The notes under the pieces were generated by a model that did not search any database, was not told the DNA's origin, and saw nothing but the letters and a program-made list of their open reading frames with translations. A stretch of DNA of 64,000 bases from Okamejei kenojei (lineage: Eukaryota): assembly GCA_035221665.1 (NCBI GenBank), contig CM069147.1:25420001-25484000 (forward strand), read 5' to 3'. The first letter of the stretch is position 1. Every line of letters begins with the position of its first letter. This document shows, one piece after another, positions 23,001 through 35,696 of this stretch. A program made the position numbers and the translations under genes.

Positions 23001-25772
23001 CCTCAAAAACTCAGCCAACAGCAGGATCCCACAAAACCTTGCCACACTGTAATTACACTCCTGCCATCGAGAAGAAGGTATACGCGTTTGAAAACCATAA
23101 TCTTCATGATCAGAACGAGCTTTTTCACAACAACCATCAGGCTATTAGATACTACAAACACCAACTAAACCGAATACAACCCGTCTTTATTGTACTCGGA
23201 ACTTTGGAACATTTGTTTTTGTTTTGCACTAATATAGTTTTCTATTGAACTTATTTGGTTTTGTTTGTTGAGTACTGTGCCACAGACCCGTTATGCTGCT
23301 GCGACTAAGAACTTCATTGTTCTGTTTCTGTACATTGGTAATTAATCACCATTAACTGTTTGGGATAGATTTCAACACTCAGATGTCTGCAGCAAAAATA
23401 TGTAACTCACGTGAATCATAATAGATGAAAATGTTGAAGCAAACATTCAATCACTCACCTAGAGGGATACTCGGGTCCATTTGAACCTCAACACCCTCAA
23501 CTCACTCTATTTCTAAAATAATCGATCTCGCTATTTGTCTCTTCCAGTGCGTGGATATCCTCACTCAACCCCATCATTTTGCACCTGTCATATACTTACT
23601 TAATAAAAACATAGAAGCATAGAAAATAGGTGCAGGAGTAGACCATTCGGCCCTTCGAGCCGCCATTCAATATGATCATGGCTGATCATCCAACTCAGTA
23701 TCCTGTACCTGCCTTCTCTCCATACCCCCTGATCCCTTTAGCCACAAGGGCCACATCTAACTCCCTCTTAAATTATGTGGCAGATAATTCCACAGACTCA
23801 CCACTCTGCGTGAAAAATGTTTTCATTTTTGTTTTAGATATTTTTAAATAGGCAAAATAGGCAGGGAATGGAAGGATATGTCTCGCAAAGAGCGGATATT
23901 AATTTACCTTTGCACCATATTCGGCACTGGTATTGTGGGCCGAAGGGTCTATTCCTGTTATATGATTCGTTGTTGAATTCTATTTTGAGCTATTCTATTT
24001 TCTATTATAAGTTCGAAATTGATGGGATGCTTTAGGTATTTGTCGAGTTCGCAATACATGTCACGGTACTTAAACTGGCCAAGGTATAGTAGCGTGTCTA
24101 TGTGTATTCAGTAGTTGTTGATGTGGGATTGAAATAGTGCGCTGTGCGGAGGGAAGAGCGTACTCAGTTGGGTGAAGTTTTCTGGCATATTTCCACCCAG
24201 AAATCGAGTATGACGCTGACGTATAACTATCATTCAGACTGAAGCTTCTGTTCTCCCACTCGACGCTCTGCTGAGTTCCAATGAAACTCAACGTAAAATG
24301 AGGGATAACGTTTTGATTAATATTCACAATTTGCAATTTAATCATTTGAATTCTGGTACTACTTTTATCTCCTTTGTTTACATATTTTGTGACTTGTTGC
24401 ATTATTCTCAGATTTCCCCCCGTTTATAATTTAATGTTTTTGTTTGTCTTCCATCCATACTAATGCGCCACCACGCACACTACCTACTCTTCCTTGCTAT
24501 ACCTCTGAAATTATTTAACAATTTTCACCATGAATTTTTGTTACTTCCGCTATAACGTTCTAGGCGGAAACTAATTTCTGTATTCGCAGATATGTTGTGA
24601 CTCGTATTTTATCATTCATTTTCTTTGAAACTATGAATTCCTAAAATCATGGTAGAATAATCGTACACAAGATTGCGGTTAGAATATATCACGCTCACTA
24701 TTCACCAAATGTTTCTTCTAACAACATACATTTTGTTAACATTTACTCGTTGGACTAGAAATAACTACATAAATGGTCAAGTATGATGATTCTTCAACAA
24801 ATAGATCAATTCGTGATTCCCCCAAGAATGCTCCATCATCTGGATATCACCGGTCTAGACTGGAGCGCAATGTTTTTTTTGACTAAACGACTGCAGCTAC
24901 AATACCCGCTAACATATGACGGTTTCCATTTCATTGACTACCATCTGCAATCTTAATCTATACTCCTTTCGCAGGGTGCAGTTGAGGGGCCGCCAAGAAA
25001 ATTAACCCTACACATAAAAATGATAACTAAATGATATGAAATTAAAGAATAATGATTGTCCAAAGATCTCATGGTCCAACAATCACGAGAACTCAATTAC
25101 TTAAATCGTTAGAGCAAAACATCTAGTACATACTGAGAAAGGTCCGTGTATTGCTACTTGATAACTCTGTAGCCCACCATATTTATTTTTGTTTTGTGAT
25201 TCGAAACATCAAGTAAGACTCACCGTGAACAGTAATCCTCGTGCCATTGCTTTTGGAACTCTTTCCTTTCTCGCCTCTCACACTGCAATAATAGAACCCG
25301 GAGTCACGGAAGCTCACGTCCAACAGATGTAATTCGGCAGATCCCTTCCGAACATTGTTCTTTGTCATCCTCCTGTTTGCGAGGGGATCCAAAGTCTCTT
25401 CTTGACCGTCTCTCTTCCAGTATACATCCACCAGTGCATTCTGACCGAAGATTGGGAAAGTACAGTATAGGGATACATTTTCACCTTTCACTTTCGTTAC
25501 CTTATCGGGAATCTGACGCACCCTGAACGAGGAGGCCCGGACAGTAACTGTCAGAATTAAAAACAAACGTTAAACATGTGAAATGACAATGAACGGATTG
25601 ATAAAAATCCAAATAGCTGAAAAAGCTCGACCGAAAAGTAAGAGTTGTACATCTTATACTTTTCGTGGATTGACCTTTTCCCTATTATTTTCATTTAATA
25701 GAGAGAAATATATTAACCTGTGTAACTCATGCACAGGATCGAGAGACACAGCAGCACGGCAAACATAAACAT
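10904..25772 (-). CDS. Gene A: type I membrane IgSF receptor (leader-VJ-C1-TM-ITIM/ITSM tail), SIRP-alpha-like predicted inhibitory receptor; 7 exons, 341 aa
   Basis: Exons 25772-25718, 25547-25224, 19984-19703, 13925-13815, 11941-11898, 11209-11123 and 11026-10904 join at GT-AG sites with intron phases 1,1,1,1,0,0. They give one open frame of 1026 nt ending in TAG. Confidence 0.88.
11123..11209 (-). CDS. Gene A exon 6, cytoplasmic (YPTYADINF...QTTYGQ)
   Basis: Acceptor gttccctcag, donor CAG|gtaagg; 87 nt, phase 0-0; two tyrosine motifs. Confidence 0.85.
11898..11941 (-). CDS. Gene A exon 5, cytoplasmic linker (APENIEARTHHSEKQ)
   Basis: Acceptor ttctctactag, donor CAG|gtaatt; phase 1->0, as needed to link the TM exon to exon 6. 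Confidence 0.72.
12173..13406 (-). mobile_element. CR1 LINE, 5'-truncated, in gene A intron 4
   Basis: RT ORF 12677-13381 (DFSKAFDKV, GVPQGSVLGP, YADD); (ataaccat)n tail at 12173-12200. Confidence 0.92.
13815..13925 (-). CDS. Gene A exon 4, uncharged transmembrane segment (VYFLAGGFAICVLIIPALVFYA-RR)
   Basis: Acceptor ttattttccccttag, donor G|gtaaga; hydrophobic run followed by basic stop-transfer residues; 111 nt, phase 1-1. Confidence 0.85.
14020..14400 (-). mobile_element. CR1 RT fragment
   Basis: FDEVPH...HGIKG...YVNDLD remnants. Confidence 0.7.
15680..16470 (+). mobile_element. Penelope-like element 3' part (GIY-YIG endonuclease plus pLTR with hammerhead-like core)
   Basis: ORF 15690-16130: CTSFNLIYCI...IYIGETKRRL.DRF.EH...PV..HFN. 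ctgaagaagggtctcgacccgaaa at 16380. Confidence 0.88.
17990..18320 (+). mobile_element. tRNA-derived HE1-like V-SINE (other copies near 17040, 21840, 26350-26650, 31360-31550, 54560-54850, 58585-58720)
   Basis: tRNA-like head (gtgtcgcagctgtagagctgctg...gatcct), conserved central ctcccacatcccacaaag...gtaggctaattggc, CR1-derived tail. Confidence 0.7.
19703..19984 (-). CDS. Gene A exon 3, Ig C1-set domain
   Basis: LNC..APFFP....TWYK...GLY...S.L...YSCHVVH; acceptor tgtttgcag, donor G|gtatga; 282 nt, phase 1-1. Confidence 0.92.
22240..23340 (+). mobile_element. Degenerate Rex1/Babar-type LINE (RT and 3' end) in gene A intron 2
   Basis: PQGCVL, KFADYTTV, IVDFRR and SVLTGCITAWF remnants. Confidence 0.75.
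25224..25547 (-). CDS. Gene A exon 2, Ig V-set domain with J-like G strand
   Basis: LYC...VYW...DSGFYYC...SNGTRITVH; acceptor ttctgacag, donor G|gtgagt; 324 nt, phase 1-1. Confidence 0.93.
25718..25772 (-). CDS. Gene A exon 1, signal peptide MFMFAVLLCLSILCMSYT
   Basis: ATG, hydrophobic leader, phase-1 donor G|gttaat, 170-nt intron to the V exon. Confidence 0.8.
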
Positions 25773-27576
25773 TTTGAGCCAAGACGATGACATTCAACGA
25801 TGTTTGCTCTCTGACAGCGAGTCAAGCAGTGAAGCTTGTTGGCGACCGTCTTGCAGCAATACCGCGTGGCCCGAATGGTTCCGTTACGGTTTGACGTCAT
25901 AGCGCTGAGAAGCACACTCAATGTCACGGAGGACACAGACGTTGCAGATATTATCTAGAGAAATTGCACATTTTGTGTATCATGGAAAGTTTTGATTAGA
26001 TGCAGCTTCGCTCATGTCACAAACCCGGCTAACCTTTACAGATGCTTTAAATGATATGGCCAATGGAAAGTAGAATATCAAAGTAACGCAAAGAGAAATA
26101 CATAAATATAATTCGTGAAAAGTGTCGAAAGGAAATACCTCGCCAGTCAAATCTAAGCGCTTTACAAATACTGCAGCAGTTAGAATGGGAGAAGACAACC
26201 AACGCGTAGAACAAATAATCATATACTGTACATTATCTCTGCCTTGGGAAAAGGACAAATAAAGTTTATGGATATGCCGTTGAATAAAGGACGGGCGCAG
26301 AGGATACACAAAAATAAATACTTTCAAAACCTAAATGTTACTAAAGAGTTTAGAATTTAGAGAATACAGAAACAGTCCCATCGGAGCATCGAATCCACGA
26401 CAACTATCGATCACCCCTTGACAATAGCTCCATGTTATCCCACTTTCTCACCCACTACCTGCACGTTAAGGGCAATTTACAGCAGCCAACCAACCAGCAA
26501 GTCTTTGGGATGTAGGAAGAAATCAGAGCACACGTAGAAAATTCATGTGGTTACAAGGAGAACTTGCAAATTCCATACAGATAGCACTGAACGAGGTTAG
26601 GATCGAACGCGCATCTCCGGCAATGTGAGGCAGCATATCGACCAGTTACCACCATTGAAGAGGTTTTTGCGCCCAAGCATTGATGAATTCAAATCAGCTG
26701 GTCATCTATATTCACACATTTGTAGAATTTTGAAATATATATTGGAAGTTATCCTCCGAGGTTCTATAGATTGAGTAATTATTCCTGGATAGTTCTGAAT
26801 AGCAAATGTGAACTTTGCGTTTCGGGCAGCGAGAGAAAGAGAGAGCTAGGATCGCCGCGAAACGGGAAGCTTAGATCAAGTGTCATAGCTAACATGTGCT
26901 GTCTTGTAATTGTTGGAATGCACATCGTGCGTTTGCAAGTGGCTGCTGCTTACTTGGGGGTTTCCGCAGACTTTCAATCTTCCGCAGGCTTTTCAAAATC
27001 GGAGCTCGACGAAAAGAGCACATAGAATAGGGATCAGCAGAGACGTGTGAATTGTGACTTGGTTGCTGATTCGAAAGCGAAGAATCGGAATAAACAGACT
27101 CTTCTCAATGTGGCAGCTCGTCACCAGTGGAAATGAAATTATCCCTTATCACCATGAAAACAGGTCTGTCATAGTGGTATAGAGTCATAGAGCACGGAAA
27201 AAAGACCCTCCGGTCCAATTAGTCCACTTTAACCAAGATGCTAACATGACCGAAATACCATCACGGCGAATGGGGGCACCGGATGGCAGATCAGTGTTCT
27301 CCCTATCAAAGCGTGCATAAAACGCATTGAGCTCATCAGGAAGTGATGTTTCGCCGACATTCGAGCTGCCTCCTGATTTCGCCTTTAGGGTGTGATTGCA
27401 TTCAAGCCGCACCACCGCTGCCGAACATCTGTCTCATCCTCCAACTTGGAGCAGAAGTCCCTTTTGGCCTTTTTGATGGTCTTACCAAGGCCGTATCTGG
27501 ACTTCTTTTAGACCTCTGTATCTACAGACCTGAATGGCCGGGATCTGATCTTCAGAATGGCCGGGATCTTCAGAAC

Positions 27577-28032
27577 CATAGAAATAGGTGCAGGGGGGGG
27601 CATTCGGCCCTTCGAGCCAGCACCGCGATTCATTGAGATCATGGCTGATCATCCCCAATCAATAACACGTGCCTGCCTTCTCTCCATATCCCTTGATTCC
27701 ACTAGCCCCTAGAGTATCTAACTCTCTCTTAAATCCATCCAGTGACTTGGCCTCCAATGCCCTCTGTGGCAGGGAATTCCACAAATTCACAACTCTCTTG
27801 GTGAAAACGTTTTTTTCTCACCTCACTCTTAAATGGCTTCCCCTTTATTCTAAGACTGTGGCCCCTGGTTCTGGACTCGCCCAACATTGGGAACATTTTT
27901 TCTGCATCCAGCTTGTCCAGTCCTTTTATAATTTTATATGTTTTTATAAGATCCCCCTCATTCTTCTAAACTCCAGTGAATACAAGTCTAGTCTTTTCAA
28001 TCTTTCCTCATATGACAGTCCCGCCATCCCAA
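27577..28032 (-). mobile_element. CR1 LINE 3' end
   Basis: Antisense of GMAGLSYEERL...EFRRMRG, plus 3' UTR. Confidence 0.85.
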
Positions 28033-28076
28033 GAATGCACATCTCATGGTTCATCCGAGGCTTCTGGTTAAAAAAA

Positions 28077-28790
28077 CACCAGTCATTGAAAGTAGGCATG
28101 CAGGTGCAGCAGGCAGTGAAAAAAGCGAATGGTATGTTAGCATTCATAGCAAAATGATTTGAGTATAGGAGCAGGGAGGTTCTATTGCAGTTGTACAGGG
28201 TCTTGGTGAGACCACACCTGGATTATTGCGTACAGTTTTGGTCTCCAAATCTGAGGAAAGACATTCTTGCCATAGAGGGAGTACAGAGAAGGTTCACCAG
28301 ACTGATTCCTGGGATGTCAGGGCTTTCATATGAAGAAAGACTGGATAGACTCGGCTTGTACTCGCTAGAATTTAGAAGATTGAGGGGGGATCTCATAGAA
28401 ATGTACATAATTCTTAAGGTGTTGGACAGGCTAGATGCAGGAGGACTGTTCCCGATGTTGGGGAACTCCAGGACAAGGGGTCACAGTTTAAGGATAAGAG
28501 GGAAATCTTTTAGGACCGAGATGAGAAAAACATTTTTCACACAGAGAGTGGTGAATCTCTGGAATTCTCTGCCACAGAAGGTAGTTGAGGCCAGTTCATT
28601 GGCTATATTTAAGAGGGAGTTAAATGTGGCCCTTGTGGCTAAAGGGATCACGGGGTATGGAGAGAAGGCAGGTAAGGGATACTGAGTTGGATGATAAGCC
28701 ATAAGCCATATTGAATGGCGGTGCAGGCTCGAAGGGCCGAATGGCCTACTCCTGCACCTATTTTCTATGTTTCTATGTTTCTATTCTATG
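28077..28790 (+). mobile_element. CR1 LINE 3' end
   Basis: ORF 28185-28685; (ttctatgt)n tail. Confidence 0.9.
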
Positions 28791-29669
28791 GTATATGGAC
28801 ACAATGATCTGATATGTATTTATGCCTACAATATTCTGTTGCACTGTAGCAAGCAAGAATGTAATTGTCCTATCCGGGAAGAAGGGTTTCGGCCCGAAAC
28901 GTTGCCTATTCCCTTCGCTCCATAGATGCTGCCGAACCCGCTGAGTTTCTGCAGCAATTTTGTCTCTCTTGACTTTACTTGACTTGACTTGTCTATTGCT
29001 CTCATGGTGTTATACACACCTAGAATATCACCCTCGGCCTCCTGTGGTCCTAGTCCGCCCAACCTTACACCATAGCTCAGGCCCTCCAGTCTTGATAACA
29101 TTTGTTAAACTTCTCTAATCACTATTTACAGCATAATGGAATCCTTCCTGCAGAAGGGTGTCTAAAAGTGAAAACATTATTCAAAATGTGACCTCATCAT
29201 CGTCTCCTCCAACTTTACCATAACACAAATTCTGGACTAAATAACTTCACTGCTGAATGAAAATATGTTCAAAGCTATCCTTACTAACCCATCTACATGT
29301 GACGCCATGTACAGGTAACGATGTATCCATAAGCCTAGTTCCCATTGCTCTATAACTTTTCCCAGGCTTCACTGTAAATGGCCTGCCCTGGGGTGACCTC
29401 CCAAAATGCAACAACTCGTAATTGCTTGCATTAAGCTTCTTTAGCTATCCCTCAATCTATGTGCCCAACTGATCAAGATCCTGCTGTATTTTTTGATGGT
29501 CATCTTCACTGATTAGTCTTCTTAGTTTAGATCTACAGCATGGAAACAGACCCTTTTGCTCACTCAGTCTGCACCAACCAGCAACCCCCATACATTAACA
29601 CTGTCGTATACACACTAAGGACTTCACTAACACACACTTCACTAAGGAGGACACAAAAAATCTTCCTGA

Positions 29670-31352
29670 TATAGTGGTGGCCAGAGGATCTGGGGTGACA
29701 GAGGATCTGAAGGAAATCCACATTAGGCAGGAAATGGTGTTGGATAGACTGATGGAAGGCTGATAAATACCCAAGGCCTGATGGTCTGCATTCCAGTGTA
29801 CTAAAGGAAGTGGCTCTGGAAATCATGGATGCATTGGTGATAATTTTCCAATGTTCTATAAACTCAGGATCATTTCCATTGGATTGGAGGGTTGCTAAAG
29901 TTATCCCACTTTTGAAAAAAGGCGGGAGTAAGAAAACCAGGAATTATAGGCCAGTTAGCCTGACATTGGTGGTGGGGAAGATGCTGGAGTCAATTATAAA
30001 AGATGAGATAGCCGAACATTTGGATAGCAGTAACAGGACCGGTCCGAGTCAGCATGGATTTACGAAGGCGAATTCATGCTTGACTAATCTTCTGGATTTA
30101 TTTGAAGATGTAACTAGGAAAATGGACAAGGGCGAGCCAGTGACTGGACTTCCAAAAAACATTTGATAAGGTCCCACATAGGAGATTAGTGGGCAAAATT
30201 ATGGCACATGGTATTGGGAGTAGAGTGCGGACATGGATAGAGAAGTGGTTGGCAGGCAGGAAACAAAGAGTAGTGATTTACGGGTCCCCTTCATAATGGC
30301 AGGCAGTGACTAGTGGGCTACCACAAGGCTCGGTGCTGGGACCGAAGCTATTTACAATATACATCAATGATTTGGATGAAGGGATTCAAAGTAACATTAG
30401 CAAATTTGCAGATAACACAAAGTTGGGTGGCAGTGTGAACTGTGAGGCGGATCTTGTGAGAATGCAGGGTGACTTGGACAGGTTGGGGAAGTGGGAAGAT
30501 GCATGGCAGATGAAGTTTAATACGGATAAAAGTGAGGTTATCCACTTGGTAGCAAAAACAGGAAGGCAGATTACTCTCTAAATGGCGTCAAGTTGGGAAA
30601 AGGGGAAGTACAACGGGATCTGGGGGTCCTTGTACATCAGTCTATGAAAGTAAGCATGCAGGTACAGCAGGCAGTGAATAAAGCGAATGGCATGTTGGCC
30701 TTTAATACAAGAGGAATCGAATATAGGAGCAAAGAGGTCCTTGTGCCGTTGTACAGAGCCCTAGTGAGACCACACCTGGAGTATTGTGTGCAGTTGTGGT
30801 CCCCTAATTTGAGGAAGGACATTCTTGCTATTGAGGGAGTGCAGCGTAGGTTTACAAGGTTAATTCCCGGGATGGCGGGACTGTCATATGCTGAGAGAGT
30901 GGAGCAGCTGGGCTTGTACACGCTGGAGTTTAGAAGAATGAGAGGGGATCTCATTGAAACGTATAAGATTGTTAAGGGCTTGGACACGCTAGAGGCAGGA
31001 AACATGTTCCCGATGTTGGGGGAGTCCAGAACCAGGGGCCACAGTTTAAGATTAAGGAGTAAGCCATTTAGAACGGAGACGAGGAAACACTTTTTCTCAC
31101 AGAGAGTTGTGAGTCTGTGGAATTCTCTGCCTCAGAGGGCGGTGGAGGCAGGTTCTCTGGATGCTTGCAAGAGAGAGCTCGATAGGGCTCTTAAAAATAG
31201 TGGAGTCAGGGGATAATGGGAGAAGGCAGGAACGGGGTACTGGTTGGGGATGATCAGCATGACCACATTGATTGGCGGTGCTGGCCCGAAGGGCCGAATG
31301 GCCTAATCCTGCACCTATTGTTTATTGTCTATTGTCTATTGTCTATTGTCTA
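29670..31352 (+). mobile_element. CR1 LINE, 5'-truncated RT
   Basis: ORFs 29810, 30306 and 30593 (NYRPVSLT, PQGSVLGP, KFAD); (tctattg)n tail. Confidence 0.92.
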
Positions 31353-31989
31353 CTGGCAATTTACATTTAGACCTAGCCAATTAACCTACAAACCTGTAGT
31401 GCTTTGGAGTGTGGGAGGAAACTGACGATCTCGGAGAAAATTCACGCGGTCACAAGGAGAAATTCCTTACAGACAGCACCCATAGTCAGGATCGAACCCG
31501 TGTCTTTGACGCTGTAAGCAACTCTACCACTGCGCTACTGTGCCGCCCCTGTCGACGATACCATCTCCATTAATGGCATCTGCAGACATTGTAATCATGG
31601 CTTACTTCTTCTCATCCAAATTGCTGATATAAAACACAAACAGCAATGGACCCAGCCCCGATCCACGAACACAACAAGAGTCACAACCTTCAGTCTGAAA
31701 AACTTTTTTCAACTACTTCCTTCCATAAATCAGGTTCTCCACCCATTAAGCTAGTTCTCATGCCATCTAACTTGTCATCCTCAACCTTTTAAGTTGCTTC
31801 TTCAAAACTCTTGATCACACACGTGAGGCTATATCACCTGCGTAAATACACCAGGTTCAATATCACTGATATGCAATGGTTCATAAACCTGCATATCTCA
31901 GAATATTCCCCAGTGACATATCTGCCATAGATGTCAGGCTCACAAATCTATAGTTCCTAGGCTTTTCCTTGCATGAAAAAAACATGAAG

Positions 31990-33470
31990 ATCTGGGAACT
32001 CGGAGCAATCAATGGAAGTGTCTTGAGGGCAGTCGGTATTACGATAGAGGTGCTCAACGTCCTGACGTGTAGAGAAATCATCCGGGCCTGATCAGATTTA
32101 TCCGAGGGCACTGCGGGAAGCTAGAGAACAAATTTCAGGTGACCTGCCTAAGATATACAGTATGAGTCATCATTAAATATGGGCGATGCAGGGTGGCAAT
32201 TGTGTACGAACGAACTACAGCTGCTGGTTTAAAGCGAAGATGGACACAACATGCTGGAGTAACTCAGCGGGATAGGCAGCATCTTTGAAGAGAAGGAATG
32301 GGTGACATTTTTTAGACTGCGTCTGAAGTCTGAAAAGGTCAGACTCCGTCTGAACAAATGTCTCAAGCCGAAATGTCAGCCATTCCTTCTCTCCAGGGAT
32401 ACTGCTTGTCCCGCTGAGTTACTCCAGCAGGGTGGCAACTATTGTGCCTCTATTTAAGAAAAGCTTCAAGGAAAAACGAGGGAACCACAGGCCACTGTGC
32501 CGAAGAGCTGTCGTTGGAAAGTTACCAGACAGTACTATGAAGGATAATTTATAGATGTATTTGGATAGACAAGGGCTGATTAGGGTTACCAAGCATGGTT
32601 TTGCATGTGGAACATCGTGCCTCATGGATCTGATCTAATTTTTTCAAGATGTGGCCAAAAAGTTGATGGCGGCAGAGCTGTAAATGTCTAACTGGATTTC
32701 TGACAATGTAGGTGCTCTGGAGGGCGAGATCACATGGGATCCAGACACAAAATGCTGAAGTAACCCAGTAGGACAAACAGTATCTCCGGAGAGAAGGAAT
32801 GAGTGACATTTCGAGTCGAGACCCTTCTTCAGAAGATCGTTTTTTTTGGAATGGTGGGCGAGTGGTGTGCCTCCGGGATCGGTACAAGGCCCATTGCTGT
32901 TTGTGGCTTACTGTATATCAATGATTTGGATGAGAACATGCAAGGCCAATTAGTAAGATTGCAGATGACTGATAATTGAGTGGTATTGTAGATAGTGAAA
33001 GTGGTTATCAAATGTTACAGCAGGATCTTGATCAGTGGACAAGTGGGCTAACGAATGGTTAATGGAGTTTAATGCAGATATGTGTGAGGTTTTGCATTTG
33101 GGAAGTCATATGTGGGCAGGATCATAATAGTAAACGGCAGGGTTCTTGGGAGTTTGTAAAGCAGAGGGGTCAAGGTATGCTGGTACAGTGCATAGCTCCT
33201 TCAGAGTGGTGTCACAGGTAGACAAGGTGGTTAAGAAGCCTTTCGGTACACAGGCTTTCATCAGTCAGGATATTGAGTGTATAATTTGGGATGTTATGTT
33301 ACAGCTGTGTAAGGAGCTGAGGAACCGTTTTCCACATAGTGGGGATATGAAATTAACTGCCAGATGAGATTATTGAGGCAGAAACTACAGCAACATTTAA
33401 AGGACATTTGAACAGCACATGGATGGTTTAGGACACCAAACGCAGGCAGATGGGACGAGTGCAGATGGGG
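31990..33470 (+). mobile_element. Degenerate CR1 LINE interrupted by Penelope-derived fragments
   Basis: RT remnants; Penelope-type repeats at about 32200-32430 and 32745-32832. Confidence 0.65.
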
Positions 33471-33774
33471 CACCATGGTCACCATGGTCACCATGGACGC
33501 CGGTAGGCCCGCCACTCCTAGCAGGCAGCCGCCCTCCTGGTCCCATGCTTCCCCGCCTCGCCCTCCCTCACTGGGAGCACTCAAAGCTTCGTGGAGGCAA
33601 GGGAGGCTGGCTATGACCAGGCTCCCTCCCCCTCCACTAAATACAGCGCCTTCTAAACACCACTACGACTGTATTATTACCTCCATTTATTAACAATGGC
33701 GATAGATGTGGCCCGCCATCCGCTCACAGACATGGGTCGTGGCCCCGATGCAGAACAAGGTTGCCGACCCCTGA

Positions 33775-34255
33775 TTTAGAGGTTCAAGCTCAGTTAAAGC
33801 TTTTCTTACAGAATCTAAATGTTGTACAACATAAATTCTGTACAATAGGTTTAACACCGTCGGTACGTGCAGACCATCTAGTATTGGACATTCCATACAG
33901 AGGAACAAGATGATGTCGCATTAGAATTTCACACCTTTGTGGACTGTTGCTTCTTCTTCTTGCTTATGGCGTGCACAGCCTAAAGTTGTACGACAATTTG
34001 TTCTATTTGATCTTATTTGATTGTGCACGCCAGGTTGATTGTATTCGTCGAAACACGGCAGACCACGTGAAGGTTGCAATCTCCCACCCCTGGACTGCTG
34101 CTGAACATTTTGCACATTCGTTGAATTGTTCCAAAGTAAGTAACTGCTTCCTTGCATGACTCGGCGCAGTCAACACCCACAAGGTTTAGTGTATGATTTC
34201 CACAGCTAGAGAAAATACAGTTTGAATTACGTTCTCATAGAACTGCGTGTACACC
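33775..34255 (-). pseudogene. hAT (ZMYM1-like) transposase remnant, C-terminal to the DIRS insertion
   Basis: Reads NGVHAVL*ERNSNCIFSSCGNHTLNLVGVDCAESCKEAVTYFG...FSSSPQR...NTRWSAR (CxxH and TRW motifs). Interrupted by a ~140-bp insert (33950-34090) with a tggactg(t/c)tgct duplication. Confidence 0.8.
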
Positions 34256-35696
34256 ATTTGACTTTGGAGTCACGTGAGTGATTCCGTGAAGAAGAACCCC
34301 ACCAGTCGGCATGCACTTCATTACGTCTGACGCATGGCGAAGCGACCGGCTGGGAGGAGCAGCGCTTCTCCAGCGGTAAGTTTAAAAAGCCTCAGGTAAG
34401 TGTTACACTTGTTGGAGATCTCTACGTTTGGTAATTCTTGTTGCAGGAGGACGAGTCTAAACATGAAAAAAGTCAGGAGCAGGAAGGCGAGCCGTGCCAA
34501 ATACATCTCAAGCCTGCGGGAGTGCGGGTAGCGGGTGGCCGCCTAGCTCATCCATGGAGTCCTCGTTGTCCACCCAGCGACTACAGACTTGGTGTCTGCA
34601 AACACTGTGCCTATGCCAGAGGGGTGTAAGGCCATCTGAAAGTCTGTCCGACCGATAGAATTGGCCAAACCCGGTCGAGAGGGTTCGCCCTTAAGAATGG
34701 ATACCGCGGAACGGGTATCCAGGATGGAGCTCCTGTTGGAGAGGATGCTCCATCAAGAGCGCCGGCCTCTCCAAGAACCGGCGCTAGCAGCACCGACAGG
34801 GCTGCCTAGTATCTTCTTCCTGGACGGGTCAGAGTGAATCTGACGCCGATTCAGAGGGCTAAACGATGGAGGCTACCCCATGGGACGAGGGGCAAGTGCC
34901 AGAGGTCCCATTCCTGACGGGCAGGTTTGCCGTCCATACAGACTCTGGCGAGCCGCTTGGTGAAGAGCTGGCTGCCAGCATAAATTACCTGGCCTCGCAC
35001 CAGCTCCAGGATCTGGCCATGGACACCATGGCCAAAAAATATGATACCCCAGAGAACTGTATTCTGCTGAAGGTGCCGACAGTAAACCATGCCATTTGGG
35101 GCCACATGGGGGTAGGCATCCGCGTGCAGGAGATTAAACTGCTGCGGGTGCTGAAGCTTCTGGCATCCGGAATAACGGCTTTTGGTAGGTCAGTGGATGT
35201 TGGGCTCCTGACTGAAGTTCAGCAGGACGCCCTGGCTCTCATGTGCAATGTGCACTTTGAGATTAACTGCCTCAGAAAGAGCGCCATCCGCCCCACCATT
35301 CATCCCAGGATGCTGCCCTATGCAAGCCTGGCAATGTCCAGCCGCCGAACCTCTTATTTGGGGAGGACCTGGCTAAAAGAGTGAAGGAGCTGGACGACGA
35401 GGCTAAAACCATCGAGCTCATCAAGGCACCAGTGACCAGCAGAACCCTTCGACGGCAGTATCCCTACAAGTGGTTTGCCGAAACCGGGGCTGGGCAAGGA
35501 CCAAGCCGACCGTTTAATGTGCGTTGCTGGCGCTCCCCAGCAGGGACACGGGGAAACATGCCTTTACCACCCAGAACCAGGCAAAGAGCTCTACTGGTAT
35601 CCATGGAGGTAGGTGGGTCTGGCTCTTGTCGAAACATATTGAGAGAGAATTACCTACCAGTTGGGGGCAGATTACACAGATTTCTGGGAGAATGGT

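Noticed and set aside
33690-33773. hAT/Charlie-type terminus (gttgccgacccctg) as the end of the adjacent hAT transposase
   Set aside because: It abuts the middle of the coding region and no partner TIR was found; more likely a separate truncated MITE end.
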